A DNA stretch of 64,000 nt from Carpediemonas membranifera BICM (Eukaryota > Protista > Fornicata). The DNA lies in NCBI GenBank assembly GCA_019828565.1, contig JAHDYR010000062.1, positions 814,420 to 878,419 of the forward strand, read 5' to 3'. This document shows, in pieces, positions 1 through 12,330 of the stretch (positions are counted from its first letter, which is position 1; the number at the start of each line of letters is the position of its first letter). The position numbers and the translations under genes were made by a program. The notes under the pieces are model-generated. The model was not told the DNA's origin and searched no databases. It was given only the letters and a program-made list of their open reading frames with translations.

Positions 1-10
1 GCGTATTCGG

Positions 11-1340
11 GTGAAGAAGAGCATTCGTGAGGCTAGAATGAAGACAAACGCTAGGCTTGAGTGTGAACTCGCGAAGGAGGAGGACGAGGACATCAGGGAT
101 TGTACTCGGGTTCAGATGATGAAGCTGGCCGATGAGGAAGACCGAAAGGAGTTGGAAAAGGAGATGGAATACACGCGCGAGTCCAAGTATGACGTGGTAT
201 GGGGAGCGAGTGTACGATGAGATCTGCGGTACTCGTCGTGTGCGGGCCCGCAAGGATAACGCCCCCTGTCCCGGCGAGGATCACGCCGACCACGTGCTTC
301 AGCGCTATCTCTGGGCCGACCAGATCGATACTCAGGCGCTTACTGGCGAGAAGACGTTGACCACGAGACTCCCTGCTGAAGCTCGAGTCGTACGTCGCGT
401 GACAGCCAGTCTGATCTCTGCTCAGAAGACGGAGATCCAATCTCTCAAGGAGCAGGTCGAGCGGCTGAAGAAGCAGGTGACTGACGAGAGAAGAGACCAC
501 TTTCTTGAGTGCAGGCGTATCCATCATGAGCATGACGTTGGGTACCTTGCTTCCTGCGATGTTTCGTTCGCCGCCAGCCCCATTCCGCCACAGTCTGGCA
601 CGCTCTCCAGGACTTCCTGCCCCCGACGCGCTACGAACGAGCCCGAGGCCTCCATGTCTGTGAAGCGCAAGGCCCTCTTCATCACGCCCGAGAAGGCCAG
701 GCCTGAGGACTCGGAGGAGGAGTCAGAGGAGGAGGAGACAGAGGAGGAGCAGGAGGAGGCGAAGGAGAAGAGGGGTGAGGCAGAAGAGGAGACGGTGAAC
801 ACATGCGACGCCTGCATCCAGACTGAGCCGGAGACTCAGACTCGCATCACCTCTGAGGCCGCGGTGCAGACGTGCATCAACGTGGAGGCTCTCACGACTA
901 ACTGTACCGCGATTCATGTCAAGAGTGACGGCAACTGCGTTGCATATTGTCTCCAAGCCATTGAGTTGGGTGGCCGAGTTGATGGCGACTTCGAAAAGTG
1001 GCAGCGTGGCCTCTGCCAGTCAGTGAAGGCCAAGTACTGGTCTAAGAAGAATGTCACGGAGCGTAGCCTGACAGATCCGGACTCCGGCTACTATAACTCG
1101 AACGCCATCCGAGTCTGGGCAAGGAAGCAGAAGCGGAACATCCTTGTTGTCCAGTCATACGACGGATACAACGGCATGCAAGGCATCTCCGCCATCTTAT
1201 ACCTGTTTGATGGCACCACCATGCTTGCACCCGATGCAGACTTGTGGGGGTTGACAGATAATTTCGCTATTGTCATCGAAGGCAATCCGGCTCACGCCAC
1301 GCTGTACCAGAAGAAGTGCGAGGTCGTTGAAATTGAATAA
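11..1340 (+). CDS. Coiled-coil/acidic protein with C-terminal OTU-like cysteine protease domain (5' end outside window; frameshift near 200)
   Basis: HVKSDGNCVAYCL (OTU D-G-x-C) and distal IVIEGNPAHATLY (catalytic His). Homologous to 1477-2101 and 50147-50720. Confidence 0.7.
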
Positions 1341-1476
1341 AGATTTGGATATGCCTTTGTAGTGCGTTCGACTGTGTACGTTTAGGGAGAAGGCTGAGAC
1401 GGAGAAGAAGGAGGACAAGGAGGTGGAGACAGAGGAGAAGAAGGGTAAGTAGGCAGACGAGGAGGAGCCTGACACG

Positions 1477-2101
1477 GTGGTGCGTGGGCCGGAAGATGAC
1501 GACAATATGTCAGTCGTGTCGATCAGTGACAACGAGCATGAGCCTGAGCTGGTCTTCGACGTACAAACCGCGATCGACAGGATCCTGACCTGCCCTGCCA
1601 AGGAGATTCACCGTGACGGAGCCTGCATCGCTCATTCGCTCAACGACATTAAGCACGGCCAAGTACTGGGTAAGAATCGAATCAAACATTTCAAAAAATC
1701 ATCTGAGAGAACACACCGAGGAATCCATGGCCAAAAAGGCCGAGGGCCAGGTCAGGGGCACATGGTGGGACCCTTCCGAGCTGTTCAACGGCCAGGGCTG
1801 GCTGACAAGCACTGCTATCTCGGCTTGGACGCATCTTGAGAAGGAGAAGGTCATGGTCCTGCAGCGCAGAGAAGAGGAAGATGGTCGCATAGTCAACTCA
1901 GCGACTGTTTACGACAACGGAAGGGTCTACCCTCAGGATTTCAGAAGTCTGACTCAACTCAGTGATGCCATCAGGGAGACGGGCCACGAGAAGGTCATTG
2001 TCATTACGGGTAATCATGCCACGGTGTATCTCGTGGCGGAGCTTCTGTCAGATGGCACTGGTGAAGAGAGTGTGCCGAAGACAAGGAAGGGGAGGAAGTA
2101 A
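1477..2101 (+). CDS. Second OTU-like protease paralog (frameshift between ORFs 1477-1839 and 1613-2101)
   Basis: EIHRDGACIAHSL in one frame; AISAW...KVIVITGNHATVY in the next. Colinear with the upstream gene. Confidence 0.6.
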
Positions 2102-2173
2102 ATGGTTTGATGTGTTCGGCTGTCTTTCATCTGTGAAATGAGAACAGGCGTGAGTGTCATGGACACAGATGGC

Positions 2174-2188
2174 CCGGACAGCGTTGCC
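2174..2188 (+). repeat. Left target-site duplication of LINE-A (CCGGACAGCGTTGCC)
   Basis: Identical 15-mer at 13492-13506, immediately after the element's pyrimidine tail. Confidence 0.9.
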
Positions 2189-2990
2189 AGTTAAAATGTC
2201 CGGTATGGAAAGTTGGAATCACCAACCGGAACAAAGCCAAGCGCCGAGGAATGATAGCCATTGGCGATTCTTTCGAGGTTTATAGAGCTCAAAACAGAGC
2301 GGCGGTGACCTATAGCGCGGAATGCCACATTTTGGTCAATTCAGCATCGGGAGTTCTCCTGCTCGGGGAATACCAGCAGGAACAGCATAACTCTTTACCA
2401 CTTCTACCCATAGGGCGCACGAGGCCTCTCTCTAGCCTCCTCGATGAGATCGCCTGAGACCAAGTCAAACGGAAGCGAAACGGGCCGGTGGCAGAAAACT
2501 GGAAGATGCGAGCGCCGGAGGCACGAGCCGTCGCCCCTGAAACCACCCTGCCTGCCTTGTATAACCCGCTAGCGGACGGGCGCTGTGCTTGGGTTGGTTC
2601 TCTGTGCTCCCTAAAGTGCACCCTCTGGGGCAACGAAACCCGTATGGGCATGGAGCCCCCGGTGAGCGGTCTGATGGGATATTACCATCCAAAAGACCAA
2701 GGGAAGCTTACCGCCCGGACGTTCCTCAACCCACAGGGCAAAGAACGTCCAGAGGAGCCCCCAGCAACATGCCAAGGGCCCTCACCACTGCAACCAAGCC
2801 GAAACCAAGGTATGAACTCATGAATTTAGTAGGAATGACGCGCAACTGGAGGGAAACCCAAATGGCGCCCTGTGGCCGCGCTCCCCGCTGGGAGAAGGGG
2901 AGAATGCCGGGGCCCAGCAACCCGAGTGGTAGGCAGATACCGCAAGGAACAGCAGCAACATGGTCTCAACCCCCATTCAACCCTGGGTGT

Positions 2991-3771
2991 TTACTGAGGA
3001 GTCCCGGCGCCCAGGAACTCCACTGAGGGGCTTCCGTCGGCAAGGAAATGGGAAACCGAAGGGACATACTGCCTAAGGGCCCGCTCAAGAGCGCCCCTGC
3101 TGCTGCGATACATAACCATCTGGGACTGAGAAGTGCGCTGGAATGCCAAAATGGCCTGTAGGTTCTCGACAGGCTGATCCTCGTCGGTCCCCTCATGGAG
3201 CATGTCCACGAAGGCATAGGCACACGAGTGCCAGTCCATGGCGATGCGATCCAAAGTGCTGAGAGCGTCGAGGGCTGACGCAAGTGGAGCCACAGGCTGA
3301 CGAACGGTGCGAGCCCCAGCTGGGGAGGAAGCCAATGGCGTGACAAACGGGGCAGCGCCCTCGCCGTTGTGAGGACCGGGGGAAGCAGGGGACCGGGCCA
3401 GCTGGAGGCGGCGGGGGACGGCTTTCCCCTGGAAGGAGCGGAAGAGTCGGCGTTGAGGACTCCTGAGGCCCCATCCCACCAGGTTGGGGAGCAGAGGCGC
3501 GGGCGCTGCGGGAGGAAGGCAATGCCAATGACCCGGGGGGCAGCTCCTCCACAGAGGACGATGTGGTGGAAGAATCCGACCCCCAGCCCTCTCTAGGGGT
3601 CTGGGGCTCCGCCGCGGCAATGCCTGGGCCTTGGAGGTGATCGGCATGAGGGCCAAGAGGGGAATCAGGTACCTTAGAAGGCTGAACCTTAGCTGCGGCA
3701 ATGCCTGGGCCTTGGTGGTAGTCGCCAGGCGGGCTAATGGGTGTAACAGGAACCAAATGTGGTGAACTCAT
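2991..3771 (-). CDS. Putative antisense ORF in the LINE-A 5' region (frameshifted), unknown function
   Basis: Overlapping minus ORFs 3193-3864 and 2991-3701. The latter ends in protein-like helical sequence (LDALSTLDRIAMDWHSCAYAFVDML...). Contains a 21-nt internal repeat (QGPGIAAA twice). Confidence 0.4.
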
Positions 3772-3899
3772 ATTATGGCTACAAGGTTCGCAACCGACCC
3801 CGCATCTCAGGCAATAGGCCACACCTCCCCGCCCCTGCTCGGAAAGGCCAACGTGCAACGCCACAAGGCTATGGTGTGATCAGGTGATGGAGCACTAAA

Positions 3900-6800
3900 A
3901 TGCACACTCCTCATCCGAGCCACCGGCCGGCAATGGACGCGTTTCCCAGGAACCCACAGGGCGGGTACGTTGCCCGAGCAGAAGATCTCCTCCCCGAGCA
4001 TCCCATAGGGCCTCCTCTACGCAAGGAGCGCACGAGAACCGAGAAAATCGCCGACTTGATCCGGATGTACGGCGACCTAAAAGGGTATAGCAAGATAAAG
4101 GATCCCTTCCCCCCAGGAGTGGATCACCAGCTACAGTGGTGGCAGAATCCCAGCCGAGAAAGGGAAATAACGGCTACCCAAATGCTAGAAAATGACATCC
4201 TGCTATACCACTACGCCCTGATAACCGGAAGGCCATGGTGGGTAAGCCAGGCGGCCTGGAAAATCCACCGCGAGGACCAACAGCGCCGGCCACTGCCCCG
4301 ATGCGGGCCGGCCTTCGTGATGTTCACCTCCAAGGCCGATTACTCCCTGACCCCGGGTTTCCCAGCCTACGAGCGCCGGCAACGGCGCCTACAGGCGAGG
4401 CGGGCAGGGAGGGCTCCCGCTCCGGGGGATTCATGCCGACTTTCCCCCTCCGACTTTTCGAGACCAATTTCGGCCACAAACACAAAGTTCCCCCAACAAG
4501 CCATGGGCCGGGGGAATGATGTAGACGAAGCTGGAACAGAGCTCACCAAGCTTGGAAAACGCTTAGCTACGACCGAAGAGTGGCAAAAAGTCCGAAGAGC
4601 AGCCGATTCCATCCTCGCCAAGTGCAACAACACCACAGTGATCTTCTCGAGGGATAACGCCGCCAACTTCAAGGTATCAAGCCCGCCACCGGCTAGATCC
4701 TTGCTGTTCGAGCTAGTTGCCAGCACTCTCAAGGCCGCAGGTCACCAAAGCCTCACAGGGCCTGGGATCAGGACAAGGTTCGGCCAGCAGAGCGCCGCCT
4801 GGCTCCTCAAGGCAGGCGGCCAAGCCACAGCCGGCTCAGCGAAAGCGCCAGGTGCGGACAGAGCCCACAACAACGTCAACAACAAGTGGGCGGCCCTAGG
4901 TCGGGCCTGGGAGGATGCCCCCGTCCCCCTTAGCCCCAGACCCCCAGCAGGAGGCTTCCCCCCCCTTGACGGACAGGCCGTCAAGCCCTGGGAAGGTGGC
5001 ATGTTCTCCGCGATAGCTGTCTACAGCAGGACCGATGGGGTGACCAGACCTGTGTTGGTTAGCAGGACACCCACGGATTCAGCCCTCAACATTGCCGGCG
5101 ACGAGCTAGCGCGCAGTGAGGCCGAAGACTTAGTGCTTCGCTGGACGGTTCCGGGCTTCAAAGAGCTGTGGGCCGCATGGGATACTACTACCCGGCCAAT
5201 GCCGGCCCCTGAGTTCATCCACCCGGACCTCTGCGACGCTTCCACCCTCGTTAGCAGGATCGCAAACATCTGGATGGCGGACCAGGGTACCAAGCTGCTC
5301 GCCACCGAATCCACAGGGGGACGGCCCGCCCAAGGGCAACGAGCAAACCGACAACCCACCCCACGAGGGCAACCCGGTCACCCCCCCACCGAATAATGGC
5401 AGAGCAAGTGCAGGTGATAGCCCGCCCAACGGCGGCCCAAGGACGGACCCACCACCAGGGGCAACCTGGGGGTTGCCCCGCACAACGGCGGCGACCCGAC
5501 CACTGGCCAACCCAACATGGGCGATCCAGTCGCCCCCTCGTTCATTGGGGGCGAAGCAGGTTGGAACCCAACTAGCGGGGGAACCCCGCCACCATGCCCA
5601 GCGGCGAAAGTGCGGGCTCGGAGACCGGGGGTACCCAAGATGGCCCCCGGCCCAACGCCGACGACTCGGCCAGAAGAGTCCCTGGCAGTGATAGTGACGT
5701 CAACCCGCCAAGGGGTAGAGAACTGTCAGCCAACAGCAGACTCCCCCGTCCTGCCCGCTCACCAACCCGCAGGGCAAGAGGATGCTGATCGGGTGCATTG
5801 ACTTCGAAGCGTCCAAACCCGCATCCAAGGCGGGGGATGAGGCCGTCATATGCGAAGGGGCGGTCATAGTCTTTGACCCCGCCAACGGGAATATCGTCGC
5901 CAGTCTGCACGGGATGTTAGGCGAAGATATTCGGGTGGCCGACCTCGACCAGGCTCTGATGAGCTCAAGAATTCTCCACGGTTGCCCCCCAGCCACCTTC
6001 GTCGACATCACCACTGGGCAGGCCCCCAGGGATTCGAAAGCACATTCCCAAACAGCACCACATGGTGCGCGGAAATGATCGATGCCCTCCGGCGTCTCGA
6101 AGGACACCATAACGCGTTCATCCACCTGACTGCCAAAGGGGTGGAAGCTGAACGAAGTGTCCTCACGAGCGCCAAATACGTACCGGATTCCACGGCCAGG
6201 GCATGGGTAGCCACCCACCTAATCGATGAAGCCGGCCTAGATGCGGTGTACCCCCGTCTCAATAGCACCCTCACCCTCTTCTACCCCCCCTCCCAGGAGG
6301 ACCGCCCGGTCCGAGAGACCCTCCCACAGGAGGACCAGAAGGCAGCCGAGCAGGCCAAGGTCTGGACCCGCGACCAGCAAAGGAGAAGGGAACCCAAGGG
6401 GCTGTGCCCCTATCACAGGAACGCACCAGCCTACTGTCACTGTGCGCTTGCGGATGTATCGCTCTTCTACACAAGACTCTCCCTGGCCATCCACATGCTG
6501 TATAACCCGTGGACCTGGGCTGATGTGGGAGCGGAACTAATCGCACGAGGAGGGAAAGTGACGGGGGCACAAAGCCCCATCATTAGAGTAGGACACGGGG
6601 TCCCAGACCTGGCTGTAGAGATCAACCGCCATAGAGGGCGAGAGGTCATCACACCCCTGGGGCAACTACAGCACGTGATCTTTACCACCAAGCCGCGTCC
6701 GAAGGAAATCCACATGGCCAACACGACCGCGCAAGAGTTCAGCACAGGAAAAGGAATCCTAAGGGTCCTTGAAAGGAGGGGCGTAGCCGTTCTCAGCCCG

Positions 6801-8297
6801 GACTCCTGCCCAAGCACGAGACCCCTGGTCGTGGAGCTCCTATCCGAGTGGAACGGTAGGCGCCGCGTAGCAAGGGAGAAGGGCTACTGGCCAGACTTCT
6901 ATGGCAACCGTACCACCCTGGACCCCAGGGTCATGGAGCAACTCCCGGTCAAACTCCACCCCGAGCTCCTGACCCTATCCCAGGCAGCCTCGCTGGTCCC
7001 GCTCCATAAGCATGACATGATGCATGGGGGCTCAGCCCAGCAGCTGAGACACCGGCTCACCCACTGCCTGGTGAACATCGGCGATAGAGCACCAGCGGGC
7101 GTCCCGAAACTCATCGTAAGCGCGGAACTCCGGCGCCAAGATAGAGGGCCCAGGCATTATGTCAACTTCTTCCCCTCGGTTCTTCCCCTAGACTGGGGCA
7201 TCCGCACAGTAGAACAAGGAGGGGAGCCTGGAAGACGCCGCCCGAGCGCCTTGGGCGAACCCCAATACGACGGCACCCTGGCCCTGGGATGCAGTCCCAT
7301 GATGAGACTACCCCCATCCGCCTGTGGGACTTCCCGTACACCCAGAACAACGACGGGCACAGGTCGCAGCGAGAGCAAAAAGAGGCTGTGACCGCGGCAA
7401 GGGCCGCGCTTAGAGCCTGCCTCGAAGAGCACCGGGAGAGGCTCACCAACGAGATTCACCAAGGCATGGAGTGGCCGGCCCTAGGGCTGCTTGAGGGCCC
7501 GCTCACCGAGAACCGACAGGTCCCCACCCCGAACCCATCTCAAAGGAAGGTGAACGCCACCCCCTCCCCCAGCAGGCTCCAAGGGGAAACAAACCCCACC
7601 CCCAACCCGCGCCAGGTAACCCCCGCCCACCCCACCCCAAGGGCAATCATCACCCCTAATGCGCACCAGGTAAGCCCTGCTTACCCCACTCCCAGAGGAA
7701 TGAACCCCCCCACCCGGCCCCGGGACAGGCGATCCTCACGCCTCACAAAGAGGCCAACCCCCGGCGATGCCTCTGAGCCAGGCTTTCGAGCACCGGCCCC
7801 CGCCGGGCGGCCCCGAAGGGAAGAGGCCCCCAAACCCAAGACTGGGCACGGTCGATCAGATGGGTGCCTACATCCAAGCCCTCTTCCAAGCGGAGGTGGA
7901 GCGAAGAGCTGAAGAAGAGCGGCAGCGGACCATGAGCCATTACGAAGAGGAAGTCTCCCGGCTGAACAACGAGGTTGCCCACCTCCAAGGCCAGCTGGCC
8001 AAGGAAAGGGAAGCCCTAGCAAGAGGAGCGAGCGAGCGCCAGCGCCTCCAGCGCATCGCCGAGAAATCGGAGGCCTTCAAAGAGCCAGCCTCAGGCTCCG
8101 TGAAACAAACAGAGTCCTCGAGGCCAGGCTTGAGGAGGCGCTTGCCGCCGCCAACGGAAGCGACGAGGAAGAAGAGCTCCTACGCATCGGAATGGAGCAC
8201 GAGAGCGACGAACCAGATCAAGAGATGCATGAGTAACGAGCCATACCAAAGCAGTGGAGGGAAGAGTGCAGAGTCTAAAAGGGATGTGTATATATAG
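3900..8297 (+). CDS. LINE-A ORF1 region (about 1400 codons, split by several frameshifts): unknown N-terminus, DEDDh exonuclease, Pro-rich repeats, C-terminal coiled coil
   Basis: Chain of abutting plus-strand ORFs 3900-5396, 5517-5801, 5782-6078, 5982-7391, 7289-7912 and 7767-8297. May be one ORF or more than one. Confidence 0.6.
5782..6460 (+). other. MAEL / arenavirus-nucleoprotein-like DEDDh 3'-5' exonuclease domain within LINE-A
   Basis: Ordered motifs CIDFEA (DxE), ICEGAVIVFD, ILHGCP, TAKGVEAE, CPYH and HCALADV. One frameshift near 6030. Confidence 0.75.
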
Positions 8298-8964
8298 CAC
8301 GTTAGTGTAGGACTAGGTGAAGTGAAGGCGCCGGAATAGGTGCAGCGTTGGAGCCCGCCAGAAGGGCTGTACTGGCGCCAATGCCCGGGTGACTTTTCTT
8401 TTCTTAAAACCCCTGTTCCCCGCAGGGACCGGGGGGCGGGTAAGAGGCAGTTGGAACGCCATCGAGGACCCGCCTGTCCGGCAGGCTGGAACTCCAGCCT
8501 TGGGAGGGGCGCCGAAAGGAGTCGCTCCCACATATGCGTAGTTAGGTAACGATGCTGCCAATGTGCGAGGCCAGAAGCGCTATAGAGACTGGCACGAAAG
8601 TCCCGACAAGCACCGCGAGGGCGCGGCCAGTGAAAGGGGTGGTACACCCTAGGTCAGCTCCAAGAGGGAACCTGGGCCACGTCTGGGGACTCTGGAGGAA
8701 GCAGCCGTTCTGGCCAAGCACCCCATGTGAATGGCGCATGCTTCTGGGTCCTGGAGAAATATCAAGGGCAAAGAAGACGCCTACCCGGGCCGCCCACCAA
8801 CAACCCACAGGGCGGGAAGCGGCCCACCCAACGTGCTAAACAACGACGACATAGGCGCTCACCCATTGGGAAGGCAACTATGCAGATGCTAAACCCCAAC
8901 AACAAGATGAAAGTGTGCAGGTAGTGCAGAATAAGGAGTGCAGGTTAAGGCAGTAACAACCTGA

Positions 8965-11900
8965 ATGCGAATAGTCTCCCTTAACAGCCAAGGACACTTA
9001 ACGGGCAATGAAGACTACAGCGGATCTATAGCGGTAGCGCTTCGCAAGCACACGAGCCCGGACGCCCTCCTCTTGCAGGAAACATTCAGGTACGGTAACT
9101 CCGTAGTCCCCTGTTGGGCGGACCTACAATACGCATGTGCAGGGCACGCCAAACCCATCAAGGCTCGAAAGGGCAAGATTAACCTAGGCGTAGCCACGGT
9201 GATCAGCCCACATTCACAGGCAACCTGGGATGTAGGAGTATCTGACGGCACGAACCCCCGAGTTCAAGTTAGCATCCTCGAAACCTCAAGGGCTATCGCA
9301 GTCATCAACATATACGCCCCTCCAAGTGACCGCAGCGCAGCGGAGCTAGACCGCTTCGACCAACAGCTGGAAAACATCGTCAGAGAGTACCACGGCTTCG
9401 AGATAATCATCATGGGGGACTGGAACCGTGACCCGCGGAGCCTGCGCCATGCCACCAGCGCCACACTACAGCGAAACAATCTAGACCTAGTTTTCCCCTC
9501 GTCTCACACATACATGAGTGGGAATACCACCTCGACGCTGGATTATGCAGCTGTATCTGGGGGGATCACGAGGGCCAAAGCTAGAGTCATTGACAAAGCT
9601 GAGATGGGGCATTGGGGCTCCCCCATAGGGCAGTGGAGCTAACCTGGGACGAACCGCATTGGAAGAAACAACCGGCCAAACCCAAGCTGGAAATCCCAGG
9701 AACAACCACCTGGAATGTCCTCCCAGAGCGCAACGGGGAAAGGGCAAGGGAATGGCCGCAACCCGATGTGGAGCTCCATGTAGATACAATCGAGTACCAA
9801 ATACGGGAACTCTTATCGGTGGGATTTCAAACTTCCGCTAGGAACGTCAGACCAGGGAGATCGCAAAAAGGATCCCGGAGAACGTATGGAAGCAACTCAT
9901 CCTAGCCCGATGGAACAAAGCGGGGGCCGCGGAAATCAAGCGGACCCTGAACAACGAGCTCCAGAAGTCATGGAAAAGCTTCAAGGAGGAGTGGACGCAG
10001 CAGGTGGAAAACAGCGCAAGGGCAGGGTATAAGACCACCAAGAAGGTCATAGCAAACCAGGTCCACAGGTTCTGGAACGAGAAACAACACGCAGGGCTAC
10101 CGGCGATGCTCAGAGGAAAGAGGTCGATCTTAACAAGGGAAAACGAGATAGCTAGGGAGCTGCAGAGGCAATACGCCCAAGTCAGTAGTGGCATAGCACC
10201 TAGTTGGGACCAGATCCCGGCGGCCCAAACAACTGATCAACCCCCACGGAGGAGGAGGTCACGGCCGCCATCAAGTCCCTGAAGAAATCATCGGCAGGAG
10301 GCCCGGATGGTATCACGGGCGAATGTCTGAGAGACATCCCCCAGGCGGCCTACAGGGCAATCACATGCCTCTTCCAGAAAGTATACGAGTCTGGGGAACT
10401 ACCCACCACGTGGAAGTACGCCTCCATCTCCCCGATACACAAAGTAGGGAAAGATAAGCTACTGCCAGGATCCTACCGACCCATCTCACTCACCCCCCCT
10501 CCTCTACCGAGCATATGGGAAGGTACTCAAATGGAGGCTCAAACCAACAGTTGAGAGGCACACCCCCAGAGAGCAGATCGGCTTCATGAAGGGAAAGACA
10601 GTCATAGACCACATCGCCCTCCTAACCCAACTGCACCAAGAAGGAGACCGGACCAGCGTGCTGCTCGACATTGCAAAGGCGTACGACACGGTTCCCAGGG
10701 ACATCCTAGTCAGCAAGCTGATCAATATGGGTGTACACCCCCACCTAGTCAGAGCAGTACAAAGCACAATGGAGAGGACCTACATTGCGGTAAGGGGATC
10801 CGACCTATGGTCCGAAACGAACCTAGGAGTCAAGCAAGGTTGCGTGGTCGCCCCCACCCTATTCATACTATTTACGGCCAACTGGATTAGCCAGGCGTCA
10901 CTCAGAATACAGTACGGCGAGATACCAGACCCGAAGCTTCCCCCACCCACCACAGACCCGGGAATGGCATCATAGCAATGTTCGTAGACGATACGAGCAT
11001 CTCGGCAAAGAAAGAAAATGATGCGGAGTCCCTCACCGCCGCAATGGTGGAAGTGATAGTGGCACACAAGCTGTGTATCAGCCCAGGAAAGAACATCGTC
11101 ATAAGTACCAATCCAAATGCGGAAGTGCGAATTCAAGGGGAGGCCACCCGAGCAGCGGAGTCAGGCCGATACTTGGGACTCTGGATAGCAAGTGGCCCTC
11201 ATCCGCTCAGCGCATGCATCGCAAAGAAAAGAGAACAGTCGAACAAGTACATCGCCCTCGCCCGGAGAGTGGGATGGACTAAAGGCTCCACGCCCGCGGC
11301 TGTCTCCGAGTCCATCCTCCGCACCTTCCTATGGCCAAAGATCGAATTCGGAATCGAAATCTGGGGCCAAGTCCCAGGAGGCAGAAGGCTTTGGAACGAC
11401 TGGCGAGGACTCATGGCGGGAACCGGACCCGGTGGAGGGGTGTCGCCCGCCTGATGATGGGATGGATGTGCTGGGAAGCGGACATGGGTGTAAGAGCGGT
11501 TAGAATCCGCGAATCGGCCCGGGACCCTGACCGCCCATCGCCCCTAGCGGACTTCGACTGGGGAAGAGCGAACCCCAAGTCCGTTATCGGAAAGCTGAAC
11601 AAGTGGGCAGACAACGTACTAGATCTGGCCCCTAGCGACCTTCACGGACCCAGACCCAGAGCAATAGCCGGGGGATGGAAGATGACAGCACGAGACATCG
11701 CCACCAAAGGTAGCCGAACAGCCAAGGCGGCCGCCGAAGTGCTAGCTGCGGAGGCAATGCAAACAATGGCAGGCGGGAGAGCACCCAAGAAACCAAAGAT
11801 TATCAGAGGGGAGATGATGCTCAGGAGGGAGCTGAAGAGGGTAGTTGCAACAGCCTCCAACACGCTCCCCTCCGCTAGCAACAGCCACACAACTCGAGGA

Positions 11901-12330
11901 GCCGCGCTCATCATAAGCAGGAGGTACCCTGGGCAGGAAATGCTCTGCGACCGTATCCAAAGAATATGCCCGATATGCACACTCGCAGCCGAACGCGAAT
12001 TGATCAACTACCTCCAACTATACCCCCCAGGCGCAGGCGCTAGTGGCAGTAGCCGGGTGGCTGGAAGACCAACCGCTAGGAACACAAAGCCACATCATAG
12101 CGGAGTGCCAGGGCGTCGGCCGCCCAAGTGGGTGGGAGCAGTGCTGGGAAGCTGCGGCAACACACACCATGGCAAGTAGGCTGCGGCACGGCCCAGATGG
12201 GGAGTGGTATAACTCCAGGGCCATATTGGAGCTCCACTGGCTATTGCAACAGGAGGATGAAACAGTGAAGGAGGGTCTATTATGCGGGAAAAAGGCCCTC
12301 ATGAACCTCAGAACAGGCCCAGACCCCTAG
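8965..12330 (+). CDS. LINE-A ORF2: AP endonuclease + reverse transcriptase + C-terminal CCHC knuckle (frameshifted)
   Basis: APE motifs SLNSQG, LLQET, NIYAP, MGDWN, TLDY. RT motifs YRPISL, LLDIAKAYDTV, GVKQGCVVAPTLF, MFVDD, RYLG. C-terminal CPIC...HIIAEC. May extend to about 12970. Confidence 0.92.

Noticed and set aside
2488-2823. NPLADGRCAW as a fourth OTU-like motif at the LINE-A 5' end
   Set aside because: Only a short DGxC match; no convincing downstream His motif could be traced through the frameshifts.
8965-12330. Programmed frameshifting or an alternative genetic code to explain split ORFs
   Set aside because: Indels fall mostly in homopolymers and differ between otherwise identical tandem copies elsewhere in the window, which points to sequencing error or decay. 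Intact genes end at standard stops.
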